DNA of 64,000 bases from Minisyncoccota bacterium (GCA_041671485.1 JBAZBL010000005.1:19296-83295); one strand, 5' to 3'; positions 18,977 through 30,160 are shown, counted from the stretch's first letter. Notes: generated by a model from the letters alone, not told the origin. Numbers and translations are program-made.

Positions 18977-19108
18977 ATGGACCGTATCTCAGTTCCATCG
19001 GTGGGGGTCACCCTCTCAGGTCCCCTAGGCGTCATAGCCTTGGTAGGCTTTTACCCTACCAACTAGCTGATACCGAAGAGGCTACTCCCAGAGCGTCTTA
19101 CGACTTTA

Positions 19109-19209
19109 CCACACTCCGCTCGCTGATGCTCAGCGAGCTCCGCGTGGCAAGCTCCTTTGATGAGAGCTCGCCCCGCAAAGCTCATTGCGCAGCAATGAGC
19201 GAAGTGGGG
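19109..19209 (-). other. palindromic insertions in the 16S V2 region
   Basis: GCTCGCTGA..TCAGCGAGC and GCTCATTGC..GCAATGAGC hairpins expand the ~h9-h10 region. Confidence 0.65.
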
Positions 19210-19634
19210 ACTATCGGGAATTACCCCCGCTTTCGCGGGACTATGCCCAACTCTAGGGTGTATACCTCTTTATTACTACCTCGTCTGCCGCTCCCCTCGA
19301 TTGCTCTCGGGGCGCTCGACTTGCATGCCTTATCCACGCCGCCAGCGTTCATCCTGAGCTAGGATCAAACTCTTAACTATAAATGAACGGAACAAAATAG
19401 AGAGCTGAATTTCTCCGAAGGAGAAATTCATCCAGAGGCACAAGCCTAGGAATTTCTATTTTTTATTCATTTGAGTTATACGATCTATAGCTCTATTTGG
19501 AATTCTAAATTGGAATAAATATTTTAATGTTTCTTGCACTATCCTTAAAGCTCCGATAAGAGCAAAAAAGGACAATTTTTACATTCTCTTTATTTGACTT
19601 TCAAAGTACTAGCCGTTTTTGACGGCGTCTCTAC

Positions 19635-19662
19635 ATACTACTTGAGCCAGAAATAAAGTCAA
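19635..19662 (-). promoter_or_regulatory. 16S promoter
   Basis: TTGACT-16-TAGTAT; same geometry as the 23S promoter; boxA-like AGTACTTTGAAA at 19599-19610. Confidence 0.7.
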
Positions 19663-19695
19663 GGCGGTGTTTGCTCTCTTAAATTCTAAATCCCA

Positions 19696-20232
19696 TCAAT
19701 GATTAAAACCTATTGGACCTTTTGGTTTTATTGGTTCTTCTAAAAATTTTCCTAAAATAGAATAAATAGCATTTATATGCTTATTTTGTACCTTTTGTTC
19801 CATTTCCAACTCCTCAATCTTGTATGATAACTCTTTATTTGAAGACAAGATCTCACGAATTTTTATAAATGTTCGAATAATGAATATATTCATTTGAACA
19901 GCACGTTTACTGTTGAGTACCGAGGAAAGCATAGAGACACCTTGTTCAGTAAAAGCAAACGGTAATTGATGAGAAAATCTCAATCCAGATAGGTGGTCAC
20001 AATTTGTGACCACCTCATCTTTTTCTATTTTAGTTAATTGGAACATGAAATCAGTCGGAAATCTTTGTGAATTCCTTTTTACTTGTTGATTCAATACTTT
20101 CGTAGTTACACCGTAAAGCTTCGCTAAATCTACATCTAATATTACTTTTACTTCACGGATTAATAAAATTCGTTCGGAAATCGATCCAATTGGGATAAGC
20201 GACAGATTCTTCTTTGAAGTTATTTTTGGCGT
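19696..20232 (-). CDS. ORF6N/KilA-N-like DNA-binding protein (ACG start or start-loss pseudogene)
   Basis: Frame is open upstream of the listed ORF: IREVKVILDVDLAKLYGVTTKVLNQQVKRN..RFPTDFMFQL, PFAFTEQGVSMLSSVL. Confidence 0.8.
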   Translation of the reverse strand, partial: TPKITSKKNLSLIPIGSISERILLIREVKVILDVDLAKLYGVTTKVLNQQVKRNSQRFPTDFMFQLTKIEKDEVVTNCDHLSGLRFSHQLPFAFTEQGVSMLSSVLNSKRAVQMNIFIIRTFIKIREILSSNKELSYKIEELEMEQKVQNKHINAIYSILGKFLEEPIKPKGPIGFNH

Positions 20233-20265
20233 GGACAGAATTGTATCAAATACTTTTAAACAAAT

Positions 20266-20811
20266 CTAATAAAACCAGGGAAAAATACCCACTCTAGTCT
20301 TATATTCTTCCCATGTATGGCCGAACCTATTAGCAAGAAATGATTCTTCTTTTTTGATTACATGAGATATAAAGAATATAGCTGGTATCGTCAATATTAT
20401 CAGAAAATAGTTTAATTGAGCATACAAACCAATTGCAAAAAGTATTGCACCGATATAATACGGATGTCTTGATACCTTATATGGACCATTTATAAACAAC
20501 AATTCCCCAGAATCATCACCCATGAATCCCCAATCACTTTTCCTCCCAAATCTAGTCCATGCCATAAGAGATAATCCAATAATTGATATAATTGTCCCTA
20601 TCAAAAAGATATAAACATTTGTGGAACTCTTAATGAAACCGAATATTATCAGTATGGGTATAAAGAAAAGAATAATTATTTCGATGACTTTTCTCATCAA
20701 AAAGATAAAGAAGGTTGTTCTCTTTTTATCTCTTTTTCCTAGAAATAAAGTAAAGCTATTTCGAAAAACAAAAAACAATATCAATAATATAGCTGTAAAT
20801 ATCTTCATCAT
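20266..20811 (-). CDS. isoprenylcysteine carboxyl methyltransferase / PEMT family membrane protein
   Basis: GPYKVSRHPYY, EESFLANRFG..W.EY. Confidence 0.85.
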   Translation of the reverse strand: MMKIFTAILLILFFVFRNSFTLFLGKRDKKRTTFFIFLMRKVIEIIILFFIPILIIFGFIKSSTNVYIFLIGTIISIIGLSLMAWTRFGRKSDWGFMGDDSGELLFINGPYKVSRHPYYIGAILFAIGLYAQLNYFLIILTIPAIFFISHVIKKEESFLANRFGHTWEEYKTRVGIFPWFY

Positions 20812-20821
20812 TAAAATTATA

Positions 20822-21718
20822 TTACTTCTTCGCCCTCTTCCACTTCTCAATAGTCACCAGAAGTGGTGAAGCAATAAATATCGAAGAATACGTCCCAAAC
20901 GCAATGCCGATGATAAGCGCTAGAGTGAAGTGTTGAGTAGTTTCTCCACCAACAAAATATAAGACAATCAGTGCGATAAGTGTAGTAAGTGAAGTATTAA
21001 TTGATCGTGTAAAAGTCTGACTAATACTAGAACCTACGATCGTTGCAAATGACTTATTTGATGTAGCATTCTTGAGATTTTCACGCACACGGTCGAAGAC
21101 AACTATAGTGTCATGAACAGAGAAACCAAGAATAACTAAAAGAGCTGTGATAAATAGCGTATCCACTTCATATCCAAAGAAATGTCCTAGAACAGAAAAG
21201 ACACCGATTGGTATAATAACATCATGCATAAGTGAAGCAACAACTATCAAACCATATTTCCAAGAAGAGATTGGTTCTGACACCTTTCTGAAGGCAAATG
21301 TAATATATAAGACAATACCCAGAATGACAAAAATAATTGACCAATATGCTTTTCGCATTGCTTCTTCACCCAATACAGGACCGACCGAATCAAAAGTCTT
21401 CTCAATAAATTGAAGTTTATTATCAAAATTAAGAGCTTGTTTGATTGTTGCATGTTCGTCTTCATTTATCGTCTTCATTCTAATGATGAAATCTGTATCA
21501 CCACTTGGGCGTACAGATACATTCTTGTCTATTGAGGACAACACTTCGATGACAGATCCTTGACTCGGCCTATCTGATGAATATGATATATCGATAAGTG
21601 TACCTCCTGAAAAATCAATACCTGGTTTTAAACCCCAAATTATTACCGATACAATAGAAGCTAGGACCAATATCCCTGAAATTGTATAAAATATTTTTCT
21701 ATTATTGATGATCCACAT
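20822..21718 (-). CDS. secF: protein translocase subunit SecF
   Basis: GIDFSGG, HDTIVVFDRVREN, RSINTSLTT, GTYSSIFIA. Confidence 0.97.
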   Translation of the reverse strand: MWIINNRKIFYTISGILVLASIVSVIIWGLKPGIDFSGGTLIDISYSSDRPSQGSVIEVLSSIDKNVSVRPSGDTDFIIRMKTINEDEHATIKQALNFDNKLQFIEKTFDSVGPVLGEEAMRKAYWSIIFVILGIVLYITFAFRKVSEPISSWKYGLIVVASLMHDVIIPIGVFSVLGHFFGYEVDTLFITALLVILGFSVHDTIVVFDRVRENLKNATSNKSFATIVGSSISQTFTRSINTSLTTLIALIVLYFVGGETTQHFTLALIIGIAFGTYSSIFIASPLLVTIEKWKRAKK

Positions 21719-21722
21719 GGCT

Positions 21723-23111
21723 TTAATTTATTACCTTTCTTCTCCTAAATCCATTACTGATAAGAAATGTTGTCAATTTTGTCTGTCTAATTGGAGCTAC
21801 GGCATACAAAAATAATCTCGAAACAATAATTGCTGTAAACATTGAAACAAGAACGCCAATGAAAAATACTAAAGCAAAACCAGTCACAACCGAAGTGCTA
21901 CCAAAGTAATACAAGATTGCACCTGTTATAAGACTAGATATATTTGAATCTCTGATAGATGTCCATGCGCGCGCAAAACCTTCATGCATTGCATCCCAAA
22001 TACCGCGACCACGCTCCAATTCTTCTTTCATTCTCTCAAATATGAGAATGTTTGCATCTACTGCCATACCGATCGTTATGATAAATCCAGCAATACCAGC
22101 AGCAGTCAATGTAACAGGAATTAGTTTGAAGAGAGTAAGCATAATAGCAGTATAGATACCTAGAGCAAATACTGCTACAAAACCCGGCAATCTATACCAA
22201 ATAATCAAAAATATACTTATGAGAATAAAAGCGATAATACCTGAACGAACACCTCCATCAACGGCCGCTTGTCCTAGAGTAGGACCTATTGTTTGCGTAG
22301 AAATAAGAGTGATGGGTACAGGCAATGCACCATAATTCAAATCTCTTACCAATCTCTGTGCTTCTTCCAGTTTGAAACTACCACTTATCTCACCACGACC
22401 ATTTGTTATTGCATCACGAATGACTGGAACTGATATTGGACTGCCATCTAGAAATATTCCCAAATAATCACCAATATGCTCTTTTGTTATAGATGCAAAT
22501 AATTCCCTACCCTCGGTGGTAAAATTCAATCCAACCGTTGGTTGATTGGTCGTTGGATTGAATTCGAGTGAAGCACGAGCAACCATCCTTCCCGTAAGAC
22601 CAGTTGGCTTGAATAAAGCTAGATATGCTGCATTTTGTTCTTGGTCTGGAGTAGTACCTTGAAGTGTTGAAGTGGCATTAGAAGATTCAAATTTTTGAAG
22701 TTCTTTGGCTGTAACAAGTCGAAATTCTAGTAATGGTGTTGCACCTATAGATCTTGAAGCTTCTTGGACATCTGTAACACCAGGTAATTCTACGACAAGT
22801 TTATAAGCACTTTCTTTGGAGCTCAAGGCTGCATCCTCTTCTGTCTGGACTAATGGTTCACTTACACCAAAAAGATTGACTCTTCTCTCTACAACATCTC
22901 GGAGAGAAGACATAGATGTACTTATATCACTAGGGTCCAATTGAGACACGTCTGCTTTGTATACTAGATGAGAACCACCAGAAAGATCCAATCCCAAATG
23001 AAAAGGACGAAATCCGAGTTTTGAATCAGGAAATTGTGTAGCATATGTGAAATAACCGATCAAAACCGCCAACATTAGAAGATAAATGGCTTTTATGCGA
23101 TGTTTGAACAT
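21723..23111 (-). CDS. secD: protein translocase subunit SecD
   Basis: LGLDLSGG, RVNLFGVSEP, GMAVDANILIFER. Confidence 0.97.
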   Translation of the reverse strand: MFKHRIKAIYLLMLAVLIGYFTYATQFPDSKLGFRPFHLGLDLSGGSHLVYKADVSQLDPSDISTSMSSLRDVVERRVNLFGVSEPLVQTEEDAALSSKESAYKLVVELPGVTDVQEASRSIGATPLLEFRLVTAKELQKFESSNATSTLQGTTPDQEQNAAYLALFKPTGLTGRMVARASLEFNPTTNQPTVGLNFTTEGRELFASITKEHIGDYLGIFLDGSPISVPVIRDAITNGRGEISGSFKLEEAQRLVRDLNYGALPVPITLISTQTIGPTLGQAAVDGGVRSGIIAFILISIFLIIWYRLPGFVAVFALGIYTAIMLTLFKLIPVTLTAAGIAGFIITIGMAVDANILIFERMKEELERGRGIWDAMHEGFARAWTSIRDSNISSLITGAILYYFGSTSVVTGFALVFFIGVLVSMFTAIIVSRLFLYAVAPIRQTKLTTFLISNGFRRRKVIN

Positions 23112-23212
23112 GATTTGATTATTTTACAGATTTCTATGAGGAAAGCAAACATATATATAAAGACTAACTTCCAATCATGATTCCAATAGGGATTAGTTCT
23201 TGACATACCTAT

Positions 23213-24571
23213 TCACACCCCTTGACGTGACAAAAGTGCTTTTGCTGTCTGAAAAGCTATCCTTATATCCAAGAATGGTGATCTATTTTTGACATAATAG
23301 AGATCATAAGAGAGTTTATCTCTCGTATCCCCTACCGCAACAGCATGATGTGGATGAGCGTGATGATATATCTGTGCCCAACCAGAAAGACCCGGTTTTA
23401 CGAGGTGGCGTACATGATAATATGGAATCTCTTTCTCATATATTTTCACAAGATCTGGCAACTCTGGACGAGGGCCGATGAGAGATTGATCTCCTTTTAT
23501 AACACTCCAAAGTTGGGGCAATTCATCTAAACGCATAAGACGAATAAACTTACCTATACGTGTTACTCGCAATTGTGTCTTTCCACCATTTGCAATATAA
23601 GAACCACAGTCATTCGATGTCATACTTCTAAATTTTATTATATCAATTTGCTTATTTCTCCTACCAATACGCTTCTGTTTTATAAAAGCAGTACCACCAT
23701 CTTCCAGTCTTATCAAAATGCATAAAAATGGATATAAGAGTAGTGAGACTATACCAAGTGTAAGAGCTATCATGATATCCATAAATCTTTTTACAAAATC
23801 AAATACTCTTCTTTCTCCCATGGCTAAACCTGCATTTTCTACAAACCATTTCTCTCCAATCATAGCAAGTGGGATTCTATCAAATATAGCTTCATACAAT
23901 TTGCTAGCATCTATTATTTGTTTACCAGAAAATGCTTGAGAATATAGAAAAGGCATAATTGATTCTATAGATTTGTCGCGCAAATCAGCAACAATTATGG
24001 TAGCCTTTGATAATTGTAGCTTTTCAGATATTAGAGAGGCTAGTGATTCATGGCTTTGCGATGAATTAACTCTATCCTTGAAAAACAAACTATATCTCAT
24101 ATTCGAATTTACCTCATCATAAAGGTCCTGAATATCGTCGTTATTACCTATGAGAATAGCCGGTTGCGCTCTCGATGAGCCAAATACTGGAAACATTACT
24201 ATCCTCCATAGGAACAGTACTGCAGTTGAGATAATAAAGAAGATCGCCAAATTTGCCTTTGGTGTAATAGAAACTGGTGCAATATAGAAGAATGCAATTC
24301 CTACAAAAATATTGATTATTTGTGCTTTCAGGAGCAAACTTTGTATTTTGCCTCGAAAGAAAGTCGACTGTTTATTGTAAAGTCCTGCACTAAAAATGAC
24401 TATGAGAAATAAGATGAAAAGTATGGAAAAGGAGGGAAGGTGACTAATAAGTAATGTTCTAGTCGGAATTTCGCCATAACGAACAGTGAGAGTCAAAATA
24501 AGCGAGAATAAATAGGCCAAAATATCGCCAATTACTAGTATTAATACCCTATTTTGATTGTTTAAATTCAC
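23213..24571 (-). CDS. polyprenyl-phosphate sugar phosphotransferase (WcaJ/WbaP-like)
   Basis: N-terminal TMs; KFRSM, RLDELPQL, GPRPE, VKPGLSGWAQ; likely GTG start at 24571. Confidence 0.92.
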   Translation of the reverse strand: MNLNNQNRVLILVIGDILAYLFSLILTLTVRYGEIPTRTLLISHLPSFSILFILFLIVIFSAGLYNKQSTFFRGKIQSLLLKAQIINIFVGIAFFYIAPVSITPKANLAIFFIISTAVLFLWRIVMFPVFGSSRAQPAILIGNNDDIQDLYDEVNSNMRYSLFFKDRVNSSQSHESLASLISEKLQLSKATIIVADLRDKSIESIMPFLYSQAFSGKQIIDASKLYEAIFDRIPLAMIGEKWFVENAGLAMGERRVFDFVKRFMDIMIALTLGIVSLLLYPFLCILIRLEDGGTAFIKQKRIGRRNKQIDIIKFRSMTSNDCGSYIANGGKTQLRVTRIGKFIRLMRLDELPQLWSVIKGDQSLIGPRPELPDLVKIYEKEIPYYHVRHLVKPGLSGWAQIYHHAHPHHAVAVGDTRDKLSYDLYYVKNRSPFLDIRIAFQTAKALLSRQGV

Positions 24572-24626
24572 GACATATACGATACCACAATTTGCCAGTA
24601 ATTTCAATATGTGTTACGTTATTGTT

Positions 24627-25760
24627 ATGAAAATACTTTATATAATAACCAAGTCCAATTGGGGTGGAGCGCAAAGACACGTTTATGATCTTGCTCTATC
24701 TATGAAAGAAAAAAGTCATACTCCTATTGTCGCTTTGGGTGGAAATGGACTTTTGATGAAGAGACTCGAAGATGCTGGAATAAAGACATATCCTATAAAT
24801 TCTTTGAATAGAGATATTTCTATGAATGAAGACGCTACTTCATTTATGGATATCTTTAGGATAATAAAAAGAGAGCGTCCAGATATATTACATTTGCATA
24901 GTCCAAAAGCTGCTGGGCTTGGATCTTTTGCTGGCAAACTCTTGAGAGTCAAAAAAACAATAGTAACTGTACACGGATGGTCATTCAATGAAGATAGACC
25001 CATTTCCCAGAGAATAATCATTGCATTTTTCTCATGGCTAACTATGCTTCTATCAGATAAGACTATACTCCTTTCTCTAAGAGAATATTCTCAAGCAATG
25101 CATTTTCCTTGGGTAAAAAACAAATTAACTATTATCCCACTCGGTATAAAACAGCCCATATTTCTATCGATTGACGGAGCAAGACAAGAGATAGGTAGAA
25201 GGATTGGTCTTGACTTAAATGAGATCGGCAAAAAGATGATTCTTGGCACAGTTACAGAATTGCATCCAAACAAAGGTCTATTTTATCTCATAAATGCATT
25301 GGAACAAGTATTGCCACAAAATCCAAACCTTGTTTGTATCATTATAGGAGATGGTGAAGAAGCTACATCTCTCAATCTACTCATCAAATCAAAGAAATTG
25401 GAGAACAATGTATATCTTCTAGGATATATAGACAATGCTTCTGAATATTTAAAAGCATTCAATCTCTTTGTATTACCATCGGTCAAAGAGGGTTTACCAT
25501 ATGTGATACTCGAAGCAGGTTTTGCATCATTACCAGTAATTGCAACAACGGTTGGTGGTATTCCAGAAATTGTAGAAGATATGAAATCTGGTGTTTTAGT
25601 ACAATCCAAAAATATTCGTGAATTGGCACATGCTATATCTTTTATGATAGAACATCCCAATATGAGACGTGAATATAGTGCAAACTTACGAGAAAGTGTT
25701 GCACAAAAGTTTTTATTCGAAAAGATGACTAGTGAAATATCAAACTTGTATTTAGGCTGA
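24627..25760 (+). CDS. glycosyltransferase family 4
   Basis: MKILYIITKSNWGGAQ, FVLPSVKEGLPYVILEA, TTVGGIPE. Confidence 0.93.
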   Translation: MKILYIITKSNWGGAQRHVYDLALSMKEKSHTPIVALGGNGLLMKRLEDAGIKTYPINSLNRDISMNEDATSFMDIFRIIKRERPDILHLHSPKAAGLGSFAGKLLRVKKTIVTVHGWSFNEDRPISQRIIIAFFSWLTMLLSDKTILLSLREYSQAMHFPWVKNKLTIIPLGIKQPIFLSIDGARQEIGRRIGLDLNEIGKKMILGTVTELHPNKGLFYLINALEQVLPQNPNLVCIIIGDGEEATSLNLLIKSKKLENNVYLLGYIDNASEYLKAFNLFVLPSVKEGLPYVILEAGFASLPVIATTVGGIPEIVEDMKSGVLVQSKNIRELAHAISFMIEHPNMRREYSANLRESVAQKFLFEKMTSEISNLYLG

Positions 25761-25801
25761 TTTTGCAAAGTCTCTAGATTGGGGTATCTTTGTTTTATTA
25801 A

Positions 25802-26914
25802 TTACTGTGGACCGATAAATTCATTCTTTGCTTCGGATTTGTGTATTGGTCTTTGGTATCTTCGCATTGCCATAAGTATTCCTAAAGCCGAAAATTCTAT
25901 AAGTAAATGTGTTCCGCCATAACTCATAAAAGGCAATGGTGTACCAGTTACAGGCAAAAGGTGTATATTCATGCCTACATTTACTGCAATATGAACAATA
26001 AAAAATACAGCTACGCCCGCCCCATACAAAATCTCAAAATTAGTTGCACCTCGTGTCGCATTTACTATGATTCGCCAGATTATCACACCGTATAGTGAGA
26101 ACAATATTATTACCCCTACGAAGCCCCACTCCTCGGCAAATGCAGCAAAAATAAAATCTGTTTGATATTCAGGCAAGAATTTCAAACGTGATTGTGTACC
26201 ATAGCCAACTCCTTTACCAAACAATTCTCCAGAACCAACTGCAACCATTGATTGATAGGCGTTATATCCTGCACCACGAATATCTGCCAAAGGATTGATA
26301 AAGCTCTTTATACGATCTCTTTGATAGTCTGCAAAACCGAAATTCCACAATAAAATAAAAGATACTATAGCCAATGCCATCATTCCAAAAAGATGTCTTT
26401 TGGAAATACCGGAAACCATTACCATTCCAAGCCATATGAAAAATATAATCATTGCTGAACCAATATCTGGATGCATGAGTACAAATACGAAAAATACAAA
26501 AGTATATAGACCAGAAACCAATATATGACGGACATTTGCTATTTCAATATGCCTACGAGAGAAATACTTTGCCAAAATAATTATAAGAGCCAATTTGGCA
26601 AAATCTGCTGGTTGAAATGAAAACTCTCCAAAAGAAAACCAACTTTGTGCACCATGAGATACTTTTCCCAAAAGAGTAAGCGCTCCAAGTGATAAAAAAG
26701 AAATACAAAATAAAATAACCGATATAGTAGTCGATCTCAAAACACGCATATCGATCAAACTCAAACCAAAAAAGGCAATTACAGCAACAATAATACCTAT
26801 AAACTGATGAGACGCATAAGTAGTGCCATCAGTAAATGAATGCATTGTCACAAGGCCAACTGCCGAGATAGGTAATATGGCCCCAAAAAGCCACCAGTCT
26901 ATTTTTGTCTTCAT
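25802..26914 (-). CDS. rodA: rod shape-determining protein RodA (SEDS)
   Basis: GAQSW, QPADFAK, GSGELFGKG, FLPEYQTDFIF, PVTGTPLPFMSYGG. Confidence 0.92.
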   Translation of the reverse strand: MKTKIDWWLFGAILPISAVGLVTMHSFTDGTTYASHQFIGIIVAVIAFFGLSLIDMRVLRSTTISVILFCISFLSLGALTLLGKVSHGAQSWFSFGEFSFQPADFAKLALIIILAKYFSRRHIEIANVRHILVSGLYTFVFFVFVLMHPDIGSAMIIFFIWLGMVMVSGISKRHLFGMMALAIVSFILLWNFGFADYQRDRIKSFINPLADIRGAGYNAYQSMVAVGSGELFGKGVGYGTQSRLKFLPEYQTDFIFAAFAEEWGFVGVIILFSLYGVIIWRIIVNATRGATNFEILYGAGVAVFFIVHIAVNVGMNIHLLPVTGTPLPFMSYGGTHLLIEFSALGILMAMRRYQRPIHKSEAKNEFIGPQ

Positions 26915-26918
26915 CCTT

Positions 26919-27671
26919 CTATTCTGCCACAGGAAGGACTTCTATGGAAACTACTTCTCCATTTCTATCTATTGGCCAAGTAAATGGAGCCACCGCAGTA
27001 CCAGAGGCTTCAATACCATCTATAATTGTCTTGGAAAATCCTATAGCATTCCCTGATCTATCATATAGGACTACATATACTGACAATCTACCAAGTGGTA
27101 ATACACCATTATTCTTGAAATTTACTGTCAAAGAAGAATTACCTTCTTCTTTGTATTGTTTATCTACAATAATTAGAGAATTCAAACCATCTTCTGTTTT
27201 TAACCATTGTGGTGAATTCGTAAATTCAAATAATACTTTTGCAGGAATTCTTGCCCCAACATTTACCGCACTCTGAAAAGCAATAGTATTCCTTCGTGGA
27301 GGCAAAGTTACCATACCATTTAATTCTGTGATCAATATTCCTTTACTATCATATAATTGCATCTTATATGGTACACTTTTTGCTTCTCCACTAATATTTG
27401 GATTTTTGATATAAGCAGCAACATTATATAGACCAGGAGCAAGCTCTTCAAGCCTTGTCCAATTGACAACTGGTGGCAAGAATTCACTTTGACATAACTT
27501 TACACAACTACCGCCACAATCTATATTTTGTTCTTTGCCATTCTGTATTCCATCAAAACAATTTGGTACCTTGTAAAATATTTTCCATGCTGGGATAGCA
27601 ATCAAAACTATAAGGACGATTACTAATCCGCCACCATAAGTTAACTTTCTTTGTTTGACCCAAGAAGACAT
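26919..27671 (-). CDS. hypothetical membrane-anchored protein
   Basis: TM helix; CFDGIQNG.E..IDCGGSC motif; VLYD beta domains. Confidence 0.8.
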   Translation of the reverse strand: MSSWVKQRKLTYGGGLVIVLIVLIAIPAWKIFYKVPNCFDGIQNGKEQNIDCGGSCVKLCQSEFLPPVVNWTRLEELAPGLYNVAAYIKNPNISGEAKSVPYKMQLYDSKGILITELNGMVTLPPRRNTIAFQSAVNVGARIPAKVLFEFTNSPQWLKTEDGLNSLIIVDKQYKEEGNSSLTVNFKNNGVLPLGRLSVYVVLYDRSGNAIGFSKTIIDGIEASGTAVAPFTWPIDRNGEVVSIEVLPVAE

Positions 27672-28648
27672 TATTGCGTGACTGGCACTTCTTCACTCCC
27701 TTGCATGCCTGTATCAATCTCCTGTTGGAGTTGTTGTTGCATAAGTGTTGCCTTTATCCTTGCTTCTTCTCCTTTCATTCTTGCAGTATTCAAACTTACC
27801 AATACAACCGAAGAAAGTACCCCAATAATCACTATAGGAGCTACTATTCCTACACATAAGAAGGCTATTAACCATTTCTTGAAACTGCTAGTCATTACAC
27901 CAGTAGAACGAGTAGCTTTTAGAGACTCATACAGTTTATACATATATGCAATTGCAAACGGACCAATTACTACACCCAAAGCAAGATTTATTAGAAGTAT
28001 TAGTATTGTAGTTACAATTGAATCTCCTACTACACTTGCAATGAGAAAGGAAAGGATCGCCACAACAATATATACAGCAAACATGACCAATCCCAATATC
28101 AGAAAACGCCCAAGAACTCCCCACCACCTACCTTTCACAAGACTGAAACTTTCTGTCAAAGCACTAAAGCCCCTTTTATCATCTACAAAGAGCGTCATAG
28201 TGTAAAAAGATACATATATAGCGACAATAATTCCAGGGATTACAAACAAAGAAAATGATCCAAATACAACCAGACTCTCGATCAATATAACCAATAAGAA
28301 TGACCAAAAATATTTGAAGCCGAAAGAATATTGTTCCTTTACTGATATTACAGCCATCGGATTTTCAGAATATTTCCTGATAGTATCGATAAGTGCACCC
28401 TGCATGTATATAGAGAAAATGATAGCCGCAACTATCAAAATAAAGGCCAATATTCCTGCTATTATAGGAATTGGTATATTTACCAATAATTGGCCAGCTA
28501 TACTTATTACTGATGGCACAGCTGCAATCATTATAAACACTTTCCAGTGAGATTTGAAAAGATTCCATGCATCTTTGAGTAGGATAGTTGGTCCAGCCAA
28601 AACACCCACCGAAACTTCATTATTTGTAGTTAAAGTATTTGGTTCCAT
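27671..28648 (-). CDS. multi-pass membrane protein with C-terminal pilin-like helix
   Basis: ALTESFSLVKGRWW membrane-domain motif; ends IIGVLSSVVLVSLNTARMKG. Confidence 0.75.
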   Translation of the reverse strand: MEPNTLTTNNEVSVGVLAGPTILLKDAWNLFKSHWKVFIMIAAVPSVISIAGQLLVNIPIPIIAGILAFILIVAAIIFSIYMQGALIDTIRKYSENPMAVISVKEQYSFGFKYFWSFLLVILIESLVVFGSFSLFVIPGIIVAIYVSFYTMTLFVDDKRGFSALTESFSLVKGRWWGVLGRFLILGLVMFAVYIVVAILSFLIASVVGDSIVTTILILLINLALGVVIGPFAIAYMYKLYESLKATRSTGVMTSSFKKWLIAFLCVGIVAPIVIIGVLSSVVLVSLNTARMKGEEARIKATLMQQQLQQEIDTGMQGSEEVPVTQ

Positions 28649-28759
28649 GATAATAAGACAATTATGATAATAACCTAACGACACCTATATTATAGTAGAT
28701 AAATGTCAATACGCCAAATGGCGGACAAAGTATAAATGTCAATCTAGATTGAATCCTAT

Positions 28760-28870
28760 GTTTTGGCGGCTAGCTACTTTCGCCAATAAAGACTATCATC
28801 GCCGCAACTGCGTTTCACTGCCGTGTTCGGAATGAGAACGGGTGGTGCCACAGCGCCAAACCACCAAAAC
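28760..28870 (-). rRNA. rrf: 5S rRNA
   Basis: CACCCGTTCTCATTCCGAACACGGCAGTGAAAC..GCGATGATAGT..GAAAGTAG; paired ends. Confidence 0.92.
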
Positions 28871-29202
28871 AAAGGATTCAAAATCATAATTCAAGCACAT
28901 AAGTAGGTAAATAAGTCCGCCGTCGTTCACTTATCGCGAACTATGGCGTGACAAAGCAAGCAGACTCACAGAGTTCCTAACAGGATCGACGGATTAGTAC
29001 TTCTCGGCTCAATGCCTTACGGCACGTACACCTAAAGCCTATCAACGTGATCATCTCTCACGGGTCTAAACGATGCCTAATCTTGGGGCCGGCTTCCCGC
29101 TTATATGCTTTCAGCGGTTATCCGATCCGAACATAGCTACCCTGCGATGCCCTTGGCAGGACAGCAGGCAGACCAGAGGTTCGTTCAATTCGGTCCTCTC
29201 GT

Positions 29203-29752
29203 CGCATAATTTTAAACTTAGTTTAAAATATTATCCCCTATCACTAGGAGTGCAGACTATATCTTTACCCTCTTCTCTTTGAAGATTGGGTATTGGCGTA
29301 TTACCTATGTATTTCTGCATTTATTATTTGAAATAAAAGCTTTCCGAAAATACATAAGTCTGTTCTATAAATATAGAACAAGTCGTTACGGGGTCAAACC
29401 TAACGGCTAAATGGATTACATTCTTTAAGTAGACAGTAGTTGGATTGATAATCCATATACTGCACAGTGACTTGCAAGAATCTAATAAATTGAAAAGAAA
29501 CGATTATAATAATCACGAGTATTATTAATTTAAACCAATTTCTTTTAATTTTTTCCATAACTAAATTAGCTTTAGATCGACTTCCCACGGTATTGTCTTA
29601 TTATGAATGGTCCTCAAGTGTTACATACACTATTGTACTCCTCTCGACGGACCGTCGCAAGAGAAGTTATCAACGGATACCAACAATATTAAGATTTCAC
29701 CGTTATTAGCCACATTGTCATCACAGATTACTCCGTGAAGCAGCAATAATTT
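29203..29752 (-). mobile_element. group I intron in the sarcin-ricin loop (after U2656)
   Basis: Exons rejoin as CCAGT|ACGAGAGGACC; intron ends in G; AACGGTGAAA, AATACCGTGG, GTAACGACT, GATATAGTCT core elements. Confidence 0.9.
29400..29558 (-). CDS. intron-encoded small membrane protein (52 aa)
   Basis: MEKIKRNWFKLIILVIIIIVSF...; lies between the Q and R elements. Confidence 0.6.
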   Translation of the reverse strand: MEKIKRNWFKLIILVIIIIVSFQFIRFLQVTVQYMDYQSNYCLLKECNPFSR

Positions 29753-29815
29753 ACTGGAATCAATTCCCCTCAAGCATCAACGCCTACAGCAGATAGGAGA
29801 CCAACCTGTCTCACG

Positions 29816-30160
<345 letters not shown>

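Noticed and set aside
29630-29660. CGAGAGGAGTAC in the L2656 intron as a sarcin-ricin loop mimic
   Set aside because: Short match that is part of an ordinary hairpin; plausibly chance
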